A DNA stretch of 64,000 nt from Adineta vaga (GCA_021613535.1 CP075496.1:9982001-10046000); one strand, 5' to 3'. Positions 26,334 through 39,464 are shown, counted from the stretch's first letter. Made by a program: numbers and translations. Notes: generated by a model not told the origin, from the sequence alone.

Positions 26334-27524
26334 AGCATTCTACTTCAATGATTTTTCTGAGCAGATGGCAACTTGTTTCGTATTGAATTAAATCTTGTTC
26401 TGAAAGAGGACAACTTTTATCCTTCAAAATGCAATTTTTTTTCTATGACGTCAATCAACGAATAAGAAAGAATCTAGAATTCTATTTTTATATCAAGTGT
26501 AGAACTGCTTTGAAAATAACAGCTAGAAGAAGTATGCCGTAATAAAAGATAATACTCTTTGGCATGTAGCATCGTGCGTAATACATCAAACAGATATTTA
26601 ACTTACATGGTTGAAATTAGTTGAGTTTGACTAAATTTTTCTTTAACAAAAAAGTACAATCCTCTCGAGATAATATCGGTTTAATAATAAAAGTACGTAA
26701 TCTAGTTTTGATTGGTATTCCTTTAATATTTGATTTTGTACTGTGAAATACTAGATGAACTCTTGAAGAAATGTTCAAAGTATTGATATATCAAAATATT
26801 TTATTAGAATTGATTTCTCAATGAAATTTTCCTGTAACTAAAAGTTAAACAAGAATACATCACTTCGTTTTCTTGCTATACATTACTATCATGTAAGGCA
26901 TACTTAAAAAACAAAGTCATTCATCTATGTATATCTTGTTTCTTCATCTTTATTATTATCGATTCTAATCAAAAATTGGGAAGATAAAAGAAATAACTAT
27001 GATGATCGTTGTCCTATCATATTAATTAAACATAGTGATTGCTTCTTTTAAAATCGAAATAGTTCTATTACCAATTATCTTCAAAGGATTAATATCGTTT
27101 AATAATACATGTAAAATATAATTCTGTCTCTCTTTGAAAATTTAAGTATGAGATAATTTCCAGGAAAAAAGGTTTCAGAATATTATTCACAGGAATATGA
27201 ATATTTTTAAAAAAGAAAAGAAAAAAGAATGACATTTCAGATTTGATCTTTTTTTTACGAAGAACGACAGAACAAAACAGATAATGTAATTATCCTATTT
27301 TCTCCCATACTCGAACTACTTTTTCGCATGTAGTTTAACACATAGACACTAAATTCCTACTTCTGCACATTTGTTTATAGAACTATCTTTTCTTTTTTTT
27401 GTTCTACTGAAAAAAATATTATCTACGCATCGTTAAACATCAATTATGCCGACTGTTAATGAAAAAAAAACAGGGAAAGTATCGACTTTTTATCAATTCA
27501 TATAATGTTTGTTTTAGAATTTAG

Positions 27525-29225
27525 ATGGGCGGATCATGTTCACAGTGTTGTGCTACTGTTGTATTACCATCGAATATTGCATTCGATCAAATTCCGACTT
27601 CTCCCACAAGATTAACTTCATCGCAAACGCTTCGTTTAATAGAAAATTGTATTGTTATTTGGTTATTCGATGATCCATCACGAAAATATGAAAATGAAAA
27701 AGAACAATTACGTAGTCTTGTATATGGTTTTCAAGTATTTACGAATCCCGATGTATGTATTGATTATCTTCGTGATATTCGAGATGAAAAAGTCTTTCTT
27801 ATTACTTCGGTTACTTATCAATCAATTGTAAATTTTTATCATTTATCATCTCTTGAAAAAATTTATATTTTCGATCCATTATCTTTGAAAGATCAAAAAC
27901 GAAAAAAACATGCGAATATTTTCTCCAATATAGCCAATCTCTGTAAACAATTACAACAAGATATAGAATTATGTGAATTTGATCTCATTTATTTTTCAAC
28001 AATTTCGAATCTATCCAATGAAATAAGTAGAGAACGAACTTCATTCATATTCATTCAAATATTTAATGAAATTGTCGCTCGATTAAAATTTGATAGTAAT
28101 GCAAAGAATGTTTTCATCGATTTTTGTCGATTACATTATTCACATAATGATAAACAATTGCATATGATCAATGAATTTACTAAATCTTATCGACCTCATA
28201 CAGCTTTAGATTGGTTTCAACGATCATGTTTTATTTCGAAGATTTTAAATCGAGTTAAACGTACACGAGAAATTGATATTATTTATAAACTTGGTTTCTT
28301 TATCAAACAACTTCATGTACAACTTGTACATTTACATGAAGAGAATGAATCGTTATTAAAAACTCTTTCGATTGTTTATCGTGGTAAAACAATGTTGAAT
28401 GACGAATTTGACTTATTATTAAAAAATCATACATATGGTCTTTTATCATTTGCTAATATTCTTGGAACAACAGTTAACAAGGAGAATTCCATGGATTTTA
28501 TTCGTCATCGATTAGCTATACATCCAGATCGATTAGGAATTCTTTTCGAAATTCATTTCGATCATTTGATATTTAATGAAGAATATCCTTATGCATTATT
28601 AAAAAGTTATGATCTGAAAAATGCTGAGATTTGTTTTGCTGATGGATGTATTTTTCGTATTGAAGCCATTGAACAAATGAATGCCAATGAATTGATTATT
28701 TGGTGTATAAAATTACGATTAATTAGTAAAAATGATTCACAATTAGTTCGAATTTTAACACCGTATCGAACGACTGAACAACACGAAAATCCACTTTCAT
28801 GTTTAGGTAGATTATTAATGGAAATGGGAGAATATCGACGTGTTGAACAATTCTTTCTGGAAATCCTTAAAGATAATTCGATTTTAAGTCAACCTCGTCG
28901 ACTTGTACGAGCACATAATGGTCTCGGAGCTAATTATGCACATCAAGGTGATTATATAACAGCGTTAATTCATTATGAACAAGCATTAAAAATTAGTTTG
29001 ACTTATTTACCAATGGATCATGTTGATCTGACTTCTATATATAAAAATATTGGTGATTGTTCCCTTCATGAAAAAGATTACCGTCGTGCATTAGATAATT
29101 ATCACCGAGCAATATCTTTAATAGAAGATAATAAACAAGCATCAAATGTTTTCATAATCGATGAACTACAAACTTTAATTAAGAATTCCAAAAAATTATT
29201 AATGTTAACTTCATCTAACAAATAG
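27525..29225 (+). CDS. ART-like (degenerate ADP-ribosyltransferase) domain plus C-terminal TPR repeat protein
   Basis: Intronless 566 aa. Receiver-like N-terminal region (IVIWL...FTNPD.CIDY), VYRG, SFANILGTT, LFEI and TPRs (AHNGLGANYAHQGDYITALIHYEQAL; IYKNIGD...ALDNYHRAI). N-terminus MGGSCSQCC. Confidence 0.8.
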   Translation: MGGSCSQCCATVVLPSNIAFDQIPTSPTRLTSSQTLRLIENCIVIWLFDDPSRKYENEKEQLRSLVYGFQVFTNPDVCIDYLRDIRDEKVFLITSVTYQSIVNFYHLSSLEKIYIFDPLSLKDQKRKKHANIFSNIANLCKQLQQDIELCEFDLIYFSTISNLSNEISRERTSFIFIQIFNEIVARLKFDSNAKNVFIDFCRLHYSHNDKQLHMINEFTKSYRPHTALDWFQRSCFISKILNRVKRTREIDIIYKLGFFIKQLHVQLVHLHEENESLLKTLSIVYRGKTMLNDEFDLLLKNHTYGLLSFANILGTTVNKENSMDFIRHRLAIHPDRLGILFEIHFDHLIFNEEYPYALLKSYDLKNAEICFADGCIFRIEAIEQMNANELIIWCIKLRLISKNDSQLVRILTPYRTTEQHENPLSCLGRLLMEMGEYRRVEQFFLEILKDNSILSQPRRLVRAHNGLGANYAHQGDYITALIHYEQALKISLTYLPMDHVDLTSIYKNIGDCSLHEKDYRRALDNYHRAISLIEDNKQASNVFIIDELQTLIKNSKKLLMLTSSNK

Positions 29226-30367
29226 CTATTGTTACAAATCGAAAATATTCTTCATCGGATTCGAATTCAAAATAATATTTTATTTCATCGCAATAGCATA
29301 AACAATCATTGGAATATTCTTTAGAATTTCTATACACTGTTTCGCACATGAAGGTAAAGCATACATTCGTCTATAAAGCGATTCAAAATGTAATTCGTGA
29401 AAATTTTTCAAATAAAAATAAGATCTTTCAGCAAAGTTTTGTAAATTTAAAACATCTATTTCTTTAAAATAAACAGTCATAACAGTATATAATATCACAT
29501 CGATACGTTCCATTTCCCACGTCATACTGTTGGTCCATATTGATAACGACTAATTCAAGCGATGTACTATTAGATTAAACTTGACGATTTGAATCTAGAA
29601 GTTCATCGTTATTCATAAAAATAAGATAGATATCTGCGAAATTATGCAATTCAAAAAATTTAAATGGAAGTAAATATATATAAACAAGTTATTTCTATAC
29701 TGATGACAACTAAAAAATTAGTTCCGTTTGAACTGAAATCGTTCATCGAGTATCCATATATTCCTTGTTGTACTATAATTTTCTTCGTTTATTTTAATTG
29801 TACCATTAACTCAAGTAACTCGTTTTCGAGTACAAAACTAATGAGGAACAAGTCTAGATCCAAGTCACTCGCATTCAGACATACAGAATTCAACGATGGA
29901 GTTTATAATAATACTGAGAATAGATGCATAATACGATAAAGGCCAGTGAGATCATATCCCGTATAATTGGGGAAGCGGCTGTAGTATTCTGTGTTTATCT
30001 AATTGAGTTAGAGATGTTTCTTTTTTGGTGTGGATACTGATCTTCTTTTATGAATGAAAATATTGATTGAATAATAAATACTTTTTGAAATAAAACTTTT
30101 TTCTTAGATAATTTGATTCATTGATTAAGTATTGTATTGTTCATATCTGACCGTTAATTTTTAATCTCTGCAGTTTCATAAAATCGTCGTATGGTGATGA
30201 CTCAGCTTTTGTTTTTAACTTGTTCTTTGGTTTTTTTTCTTCAAAAGATAATGTCGAGTCAGTTTACATATTCTATTCTCTCACTAAACTATCTAAGGTT
30301 ATTTGCATTGTAAGATAAAACGAATATATTATGGTATTTTTACATTTATCTTTCTATTACGAACAAC

Positions 30368-31664
30368 ATGTCCATAAGTAAGCAAGAAGAATTACGCTTA
30401 GAATTTCCTTTTTTTCGTGAACATCCTGAATGGATCTTTTTGGAGAATGCGGGCGGTAGTCAAGTCCCCTCATCAGTGATTGAATCTATTTCAAATTATT
30501 ATTCTCGATCGTACGTACAAGTAGGAGCTGGTTATGATCAATCTAATGAAGCTACAGAAACTATTAAACTTGCACACGATTTCTGTCGTGAATTGATGAA
30601 TGGTAATAGAATTGGTGAAATTGTACTTGGTTCAAGTACTACTCAATTAATTCATACATTATCACATGCGTTTGATAAACTTATTACTAATACAGACGAT
30701 GAAATTCTTGTTTGTAATATTGCTCATGAAGCTAATTATGGTGCATGGACAAAATTACGTGGAAAAATTATTGAATGGCAAGCACATGAACGTATTGATT
30801 ATGATGATCTTTCTGCTTTATTATCAGAACGTACACGGATTGTTGCTATACCACATGTTAGTAATCTTATTGGTGAAATTCTTGATATTCAAACTGTTGT
30901 TAAACTTATACGTGAACGATGTCCTCGAGTGCGCATTGTTGTTGATGGAGTCGCCTACGCACCTCATCGAGCAATTGATGTTTATCAATGGAATGTTGAT
31001 TTCTATGTTTTTAGTTTATATAAAGTCTGTAATTATATAGAATTATTTATAGATGATTTTCTTTTTTCGATAGGTCTATGGTCCTCATTTAGCTGTTTTA
31101 TATGGATCGAACAGTGCATGGCAAGAACTTAGTGATGTTTCAGCGGGACCAAATCATTTTTTCATTCCACAATCAAATATTTCATATCAATATGAAATTG
31201 GTTGTTTAAATCATGAAGCATGTGCAGGTATATTGGGTATTAAAACGTATTTTGAAAGAGTTACTAATGCTCCAAAAGATCAACCAATACGACAAACAAT
31301 CGAACAAGCTTATCGTTTATTTACTGATTTGGAACGACCATTAGTCCAACGTTTAATTCAATATCTATCAACAAAATCTAATATAACTATTCTTGGTTCT
31401 CGAACAACAACAACAGTATCATCTCGATTACCAACGATTAGTTTTATTTCATCAAGATTATCTTCAAGTGAAATTGTTAAACATCTTCAGGCACATCAAA
31501 TCGCATGCCGTAATGGTCATATGTATGGATATCGATTGGTTGCTGCTTTAGGTTTAGATATGAATGATGGTGTCGTTCGTCTTTCTGCTGTGCATTATAA
31601 TACGATAGCTGAGATTGAACGATGCATACAAGTACTTGAAGAAATCTTATCCGATTCCAAATAA
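30368..31664 (+). CDS. Class V PLP aminotransferase, bacterial cysteine-desulfurase-like family (intron 31025-31073)
   Basis: FLENAGGSQVP, HEAN, HVSNLIG, VDGVAYAPH, PLP lysine FSLYK|VYGPHLAVLYG, YEIGCLNHE and GVVRLSAVHYNT..EI. Confidence 0.9.
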
Positions 31665-32029
31665 AAGAAAGACACATCGATGTCAATTAACATGATAGCG
31701 TTAGTATCTCAAAAGAACTAAATAAAAAAGTCTCTTGAGTTGCTGATTGATACAAATCTTGTAAAATATTCAATATATGATCAAACTAAAATCAAAGTGC
31801 GACGTGTAATTACTCTTATATAATTCGTTCTACTTGAATTTGAGTATCATTTGATATAATACTCAGAATAGTAAATATGACTTTCAATCTACGAGATAAT
31901 ATTATACTTTTAACGTAGACTTTATTTACTTTGTTAATGGTAATTATAATTATAAGCAAATAGCTGATGTAGACAGAAATTATTAAAAATCATAGAAGTT
32001 TCGTTATTGTCTGTGTCAATTAGTTCTAC

Positions 32030-32671
32030 CTAAAATTCTTGGTTTTGTACTCGTTGACTGAAAATAATCAAATACACAACAAGACCAACTATACTAAGTA
32101 CTCCCAATATTGTCATGATAATGTTGAATACTAACGCCAATGTACTCATTGTTCGAGCACCACTAACATCATTTTTTCTCTTTTTACTGCGACATAAAAG
32201 AGAAAATATTAAAGGAAGAAAACCTGGAAACAATCCACCAAGAAATATACTGATAATAGACCATGGTAACCAATCACGAATTTTATTTACGTCTCCTTGT
32301 ACATTCGTTACAGGTGGATTTTGACGTATATGCTGGTATTGTGTAGATGGTACATAGACAGGAGCTACCATAGGTGCTGGTGCAGCAATAGCAGTTGATT
32401 CATGTCTAGGATATTGATAATTCGATGGCATATACATAGGTACCATCATTGGTGCAGATGCCATTGCAGGATCTGTATTGGAGTACTGATACATAGGTGG
32501 TATATGCGTAGGCATTGTCGCCGTTGTCGTAGCTGTTGATTCTAGTTTAGGATATTGAACAGCCGATGATGCATAGACAGGTGCAGGTACAGCTGTGGGT
32601 GCAGATGCCGTAGAATATTCTGATTTCGATGGCTCTATAGTATATGGATTCATACTGGTCCAATATTTCAA
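32030..32671 (-). CDS. CD225/dispanin (IFITM/PRRT-like) membrane protein with Pro/Ala/Tyr-rich N-terminus
   Basis: RDWLPWSIISIFLG...PLIFSLLCRSKKRKNDVSGARTMSTLALVFN pattern with two hydrophobic segments. About four internal repeats of A-P-x-x-x-P-x-Y-x-x-S-x-x-Q-Y. Confidence 0.8.
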   Translation of the reverse strand: MKYWTSMNPYTIEPSKSEYSTASAPTAVPAPVYASSAVQYPKLESTATTTATMPTHIPPMYQYSNTDPAMASAPMMVPMYMPSNYQYPRHESTAIAAPAPMVAPVYVPSTQYQHIRQNPPVTNVQGDVNKIRDWLPWSIISIFLGGLFPGFLPLIFSLLCRSKKRKNDVSGARTMSTLALVFNIIMTILGVLSIVGLVVYLIIFSQRVQNQEF

Positions 32672-33476
32672 TACGACTGAGAAAAATGAAGTTCTCTTCT
32701 CTGTACAAAATTTGATTTTTACAGCAGTTATATATAAAAGTATATCGAAACGATTATTAGTATTAAGGTTAAGTCAATATTCGAATATGAATCAGGTGTT
32801 TGATAAATAAATATGTGAATGATTGATCAGATTTTCGCATCTTTATCTCAACAAAAGAATAATAATTTTAGTAAAGGTAGTCAAATTTTTTCAGATCTAT
32901 TATGAGGGATTATATCATTATTTTTTCACGTCACATTCTTTTTTTTGTCGAAAAAGATTAACGAAAAAAAAGTTAATGAGAAAGATGATATTGAAAAATC
33001 AATACGATCAGATTCAGTAGAGAAAAAAAGCAGCAGCTTTACGATGTTTTTCTTGTTTTTCTTGTTGATGTATGGTTTAAGTTAATATTGAAAAAGGTTT
33101 AGTTTAGATTTAATTACTATTGATTTTTCTAATATTAATATTCCGATTAAATAACGGATAGAGCATGCTAGTCAAACTTCACTATCAATAAAAACTTACC
33201 TAGAAATGTAAATTATCATGCATTAGGTATGTCAAAAAAAAATAGAATTTAAATATACTTTTAATACACAGTATAATGATTTTCATATCAAGAACTTTGA
33301 TAATTATCTCGTACATGAATTAAATCTTTGCAGAGAATAGTTTATATGAAAATGAGAAATAAAATAATCTGAATTGAACAACAATTTTATTAGTAATATA
33401 ATGGCAATGCACGTTAAAAAACAACAGAAAGCATAGTAATTATAGTATTATTTGAATAATCAGTTTGAAATTATAG

Positions 33477-34500
33477 TTAGTAAATAGTTGCATTCAAACC
33501 ATCATTTGATGAACTGCCAGTCCATCGAAGTTTAAACGTAATGTAAAGAACAGTTCCTGGTGTGGTACTGAATGTTTGTGAGAGTGTATCTCCTACTTTA
33601 AAATCAGTTCTAAAGCAATTTTCATAATCAAAACTATATCCACATCCGGATATATAGGATACACCTTGCCATCCATAGGTACCACTGGTGAAATTACCGT
33701 TTACAAGTAATTCTTGACCAACCGAGTTTTTAACTGAAATATTACCAATATATATTGTAGAGATAACACCAGATGGAAAACCAAATGATAAAGTTGTTTG
33801 ACCAGCACGTGCAATATATATCGAAGAAATTAGTACAGGTGAGTATAAACTTGAATGAGGATTATACATTGAATAAAGAATAGTATAATGCGGTTTTGGC
33901 ATGGCTGTGGATAATTCTTTTCGATTCCAACTATACTCAGGTGTTGTTGTCTTTGGATCTAAAAGAGTTTATACCAATAAATCTGACTAAACAATTGATA
34001 ATTATTCGTTCAATTACCTCGTGTTACATCATTAACTGATGGATTCCAACCGAAATTAATAATTTCCGTTTCTAAAGAAAAATCTTACATTCTATAATGA
34101 TTAGAATTCGATCGACTTACCCATAATACGTTTAACACTTTCCTTGATGTTTCGTGGCAACATGAGCACTCCCATTCCAACCATTAATAAAATGCAAACT
34201 AAAAATACATATCGAATACAAGGTGTTAAGAAACGATGTCTAAAATAGAATACAAGTTTTGTAGTTGTAGAACAAGGTATGGATAAATGCTTACCGACGT
34301 TCCTTTTTAATAAAAATAGTCGAATCTTTGATTTGTAATTGTTGCATATCCTTCGGAATATTAACCACCTTTGACATTTGAAATTTTTAGAAAAATTCTT
34401 CGATAATTATCAAAATTAAACTTACATGTCTTTTAATCGATGGCAATAAAGTTTCAATAGGCGCTGCATCAGATTTTTCAGCAAATGTATAGGAATCCAT
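33477..34500 (-). CDS. Type II single-pass membrane protein with C-terminal CBM-like (galactose-binding-like) domain, multi-exon
   Basis: ATG at 34500 (MDSYTFAEKSD...) and short GT-AG exons. TM segment YVFLVCILLMVGMGVLM and C-terminal ELLVNGNFTSG..GW...DTLSQTFSTTPG..YITFKL. Confidence 0.6.
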
Positions 34501-35329
34501 CAGTGATGAAAATATGAACTTCTATATGATACTGCAAACTTTATACTAAAAGCGTATATACATATATATATATATATATAATCAAATATTTTGAAAGAAA
34601 GTACATATCGAGACGTGATTTAAACAGTCGTTAATCACGTCATTGACAAACTCTGATAAGAAAGACATATATTTGTCTATTTTCCTTTTTAAATTTACAA
34701 CAGTCCAAGAAAAATCTGTCTATAGAAAAAGATCTCCAAAAAAGTCTTGTTAATATCGATGATGTACTGTAAAAATAAAATAACTCATCTTGGATGAAAC
34801 CCTCGCATTAATCGATGAAATTTATAATTAAGTTCTCAGTGATTTTTTTCTTTCGGTTTAAATAGAGAAGGAAAATATTTTTAATTTTTATCAACTTCTT
34901 TATACAAAAGATAAATATTGATCTATTTTCCGAGCTAGACAAATGCAAATATTAGACTGTCAACGTCAAAATAATCATCATAAACATTTTTTTCTTTATC
35001 GTTGACAGTTTATATCTCACGTTCTTTTATCAAAAAAAAGTAGGAAGAATCTATCCTAGGGTTTTATAATGATTCGATGGAGTTGAGATTTAATTGGCCA
35101 ACTAAAAAGATTGAATGATCGAAATAAAGAGAAAAATAAGTTAAAAATTTCTAATTATCATCTCGTACAAGCTCAGAAATCATCAACTGGAATTAGTGAT
35201 TTGAAACGTGCCTTATTTGTTCGAAATTGAAAACGGATAATTATATCGTTGAATCGTTAATCCTTGTCTCGAGTAATTGAAAAATGTGTTCTATGTAGAA
35301 TTTTATAAAAGTTTTTCTTTTGATTGAAT

Positions 35330-36194
35330 TTATACGTGGTAATGTTGAACAAACTCAAACTTTTACTTCTTTTTCAATTTTTTCTAATGGTTATACAAAG
35401 AATGGTTTATCAAATAGAAAACTCTAATGAAACCATTCTAATTCTTCTTTTTAACGCATTTGTTCAATTGCAAACAGAATTAGCATTGAATCTGATCAAA
35501 CGCGTTTCTTCACAAATATCATTGTCATTTTATTCACATGAAAATCTTGTTAATTCTGTGATTGATGTATGAATTGAAATTGTAGATTATTTCAGTACTG
35601 AAACTTATTTTCCAAATAGTAAAAAGAATGTTATTACCTATGGAAATTTAATGAATGGATTTAATAAAAAAGATAATCCTGAAAAAGATTGAATTTATTT
35701 TCTCAAATGATCAATCAAGCCACTTATATCTCTGTTCTAAATGCTTGTTCACATTCAGGATTGGTTCATGAAACAACACAACAAATTTTTGTAGATATAT
35801 AACAAAAAATAGGGAAAATCCATTCGACGATGGTTCATAAACAATAATCTTTGCCTTTTAAATTCAAATTGCTTTGTTTTAACTTCCATTTAAGTCGATT
35901 GCATTTGTGAAACAAAAATTTTCAAAGAAGCATTCGCACTCATTGATGATTATGAACAAAAGAATCCACCTATTAGATCGAATTGAATCTTTTTCTTCGC
36001 AAGCAGAACGAATGAAACTATATTCAATATTTCCTACGATTATTGAGATAAAAATGCGAAAAAAAACTATTTTCATGTTAAGATAGAAATTTTGATTGCA
36101 TAATTTCTCTGTCTGGTTTATTTTTATAGATTAAGCAATAAAAACAATTGCTCAAATTCGTGATTGTTTAATCGTTGTTCGCGATGATAATTAA
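35330..36194 (+). pseudogene. Decayed PPR protein gene with a DYW-domain-like C-terminal remnant
   Basis: Fragments ILLFNAFVQL, KKNVITYGNLMNGF and TYISVLNACSHSGLVHE (about 35722) are PPR motifs. AIKTIAQIRDCLIVVRDDN (about 36135-36191) resembles the DYW IxxIxxRxIxVRD segment. Stops, frameshifts and deletions occur throughout. Confidence 0.75.
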
Positions 36195-36629
36195 TAGAAT
36201 TGATTATTTCAGATACCTCAGATAATCACTCTCAAGCATTTCGTTATTCAATACGAAATCTATTATAGTCTAATTTTCATCGTCATATTCTTCTTTATAA
36301 AGTGAAACATCAATATACTAATGAAGCTTTATTTGATACGTCTCACCATTCGATCTTATCGCGATAATTACGAGCCTTCAACTACATGCTGTTCTTGTAA
36401 TTCCATTCCATTTTGTCCTATACGAACAGTGCTATTTGGTGTAGTGTAATTGTGTCGATCAAGATCTGTAGGTAATACGTTAATTTAACTATACTGATAG
36501 ACAATTTTTATTATTATTATCAAATATAATCAACTGGACAAAGGAAGAGAGAAAAATTCTATTGAAAACTTTTATTTTTTAGTTTCATCAAGAAAAACCA
36601 ATATCAATCAATATATATTATTATAAAAC

Positions 36630-37546
36630 ATGTTATTAAATAACTGAAGTCGTCCTGTCCATCTTGAAATAGGTTTCATATCACCATCTATATTTTATAT
36701 TTCATTATAAAATGATGCAATTGATCGTCGAAGAAGAAGTAAAAATTTCGTACCATTTTTTTTGTATCTGATTCGAAATGACTTCCTTCAGTCCAATCAT
36801 TCCAAGTGTATATAAAGAAATAAGTGTTGAATGTTATTTACGGAAAAGTAATCAAGTTAAACACGAACTAAATCAGGATGACGAGGAATAACCCATTGTT
36901 GACATGCACCCCATGATTGACTAAAATCTTCGAGGCCAGGAGCTAAACTACCCATTATGATATGACTTGCTGATATATTCGAAGAGAATATTGGATCATA
37001 AACAAGTTTTAATCATGTTAATATTCGATTATAAGGAGAAAGAGCACTATTTGTCATTGACCAAGCAACAGCATCGAATGCTCTCAATAGACTTGGAAGT
37101 ATAAATAGTATAAAAATCACGAGTCACATGTTGATGCACAGTTGACCAAATATAACTAGAATTACTTGTATTCGAATTATCACAACTACCAAAACCTAGT
37201 GAAGTTGAAAATGAAGATATGTTTGATATAGGATTTCGACGTTGATCGATGGATTCAATTTATAACATGAAGATAATTGAACGGATACAATTTGAATTGA
37301 TCATGCAAGTAATTGAGCATGTCCATAATCACAAGCACCCTCATTTTTTCAACGTTGTTAATATCAGATCAATTCGAGCGAGACTTTCTGAACAGAGACC
37401 ACTCGATAAAATAATACGTTGAGCAGCTGATATACAAGAACCGTAAAACCTACTCTTGAAGATGCATAAGTAACAGATAAATATCTTGGTGAAGAATATA
37501 TCACGGTAATTAAAATTAAAATTAAAAAAAAGTATTTCCAGTGCAA
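36630..37546 (-). pseudogene. Frameshifted pseudogene of an unknown secreted protein
   Basis: Signal-peptide-like start lacking ATG (TTG-HWKYFFLILILITV), followed by coding-like Cys/Trp-containing fragments in shifting frames with in-frame stops. Confidence 0.45.
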
Positions 37547-39092
37547 TCTATTTGAATGACAGAATAAGAATTTTTTTAGTCAAATGTTTTCTTTTCAGAA
37601 GAATAAACTCACTGACTTGAAAATTCTCTTTTATGTTTATGTCATTTCAAAATGTCTTTACTACATCATAAATATAAACAAAACAAAATTCTGCGTAGAA
37701 CTCGTATCGATAGTTACCTGTTTTTGTATGTTTATTGCAGGCGAAGAACGTGAGACAGAGATTCTAAATGCTTCGCTTGAATAAATAAGAGATACATTTT
37801 TGTATATTACAAATGAAAGCGAACAAAAGAATAACAAGAAGAAATTGTCGAGCGTGTTAATAATGCTTGTAAATCAATAATAAACGCGGCAACTTCGAAG
37901 AAAAGAATCCTATACTTCTTATAAAATGACGAAGAAATATACGATGGTTTAAATTTATCAATTAATGTTTGTTAAAAGACTCGCTCAAATCTTTCTCGTA
38001 GAAACACAGTTTCTGAACGATTTGGACACAGTTCATATCTAAAATTTCAAAAATCGAAGAGAATACACTGCCGTCGTTTGTTTCTCTTCGATTCATCTGG
38101 ACGTTTCAATTCAGTTTCTTAAACCAAAGAAGATCCGATTTGTAGAACTTTCATATCGAAAGGTCAATCAGTTAGGTAAAAAAATGTCCTATATTCTTTA
38201 TAACTAATGTACTAAAAAATTGAATATAACACGAATTAAATCTATTTAAAATCTTTTCTAATGATTTCTAATAATATATACTTCACCATTCTGTTTTATT
38301 CAAAAATCAATCAATACAAACACACGTAGTCATCTCAAAAATAAAATCCATCTTCGAGTAATATTTCATCTGCAATTCATTTCTATTCTTTGAAATTAAA
38401 ACAAAATAACTTCGTTTTTACCATATTGATATTTGATTTAATAAGCATTGCACCAAGAAAGATGTTTTTGGTAATAACTGACATATATTTCAAAACCATA
38501 CCGAAGAAAAGCAAAGTCATCTAAATGTAATGATTCAATTATGGTAAGGTACGATTTTTCTAGTTTAAAACATATCATGCATGCATTCTCGAGTAAATAA
38601 CAAGTAAATTGTCATATCAACTCTGATTTTTCAAACAGTTACTTATACGTTACTAAATATAGTTCTACATGTTACTTATTATACATTTCAAGTTAACATA
38701 TGTCATTCAGTATAATTTCTAAAAATAAGACAAGATAATTTTATAAATCTGTTTGAGAATAAAATTCAAATTACGATATGTTGTAATAGAGAAGAAAACA
38801 GTAATGGTTTAGTTTGTTCTTCAATTTTGTTTTTATATTGTTAGAATATTTCATTGAATAATTTTTTAAAACGAGATAAAGTATTTATTTCATCGTCATA
38901 CATAACCAAGATTCATTATTACTCAGAAAAAAAGATATAAGTATGCGCATAAAACAAAACAAAACAAAATAAAAAGAATTGAATTTTTCGATATGTTTCC
39001 TTTTCCTTTCTTTTATTATTATGAGTTTCAAACGATGTTTGTGTCTAGAAAGCATTTGTTAACATTGATAAAAATGTGCATGCACTCTTTTC

Positions 39093-39464
39093 CTATGGAC
39101 AATATCGAGCTAATTCTGTGACAGTACATGAATTTTCGCAACAAGCATCAGTAAGTAATTTTTCTTCGGTAAATCTTCGTTCATGTGTATGCCGTTTAGT
39201 TTTGTCCTTTTGTGATTCGAGAGCTCCGCAAACGATGTTTAACATAAACCAAAGATGAGGACCACACGCTTGATAGGCACGTTGTAAATGACAATCTTCA
39301 ACTTTATATAATTTTCCATTAAGGGATACTTCTTTTCCTTCTTTGTATAAACGTTTACCAACTCTGACATTGCATGTTTTATCTAAAGTTGATGAAATAT
39401 TTTGATTGGCAGCCGTTTGACTGAACAGATAGATTACGAGGAATAAACAACCGTGAAAGAACAT
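39093..39464 (-). CDS. Insulin/relaxin-like peptide precursor
   Basis: Signal peptide, B chain ACGPHLWFMLNIVC, short C peptide with KR/RR sites, and A chain CCENSCTVTELARYC (CC-x3-C-x8-C). Confidence 0.93.
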   Translation of the reverse strand: MFFHGCLFLVIYLFSQTAANQNISSTLDKTCNVRVGKRLYKEGKEVSLNGKLYKVEDCHLQRAYQACGPHLWFMLNIVCGALESQKDKTKRHTHERRFTEEKLLTDACCENSCTVTELARYCP

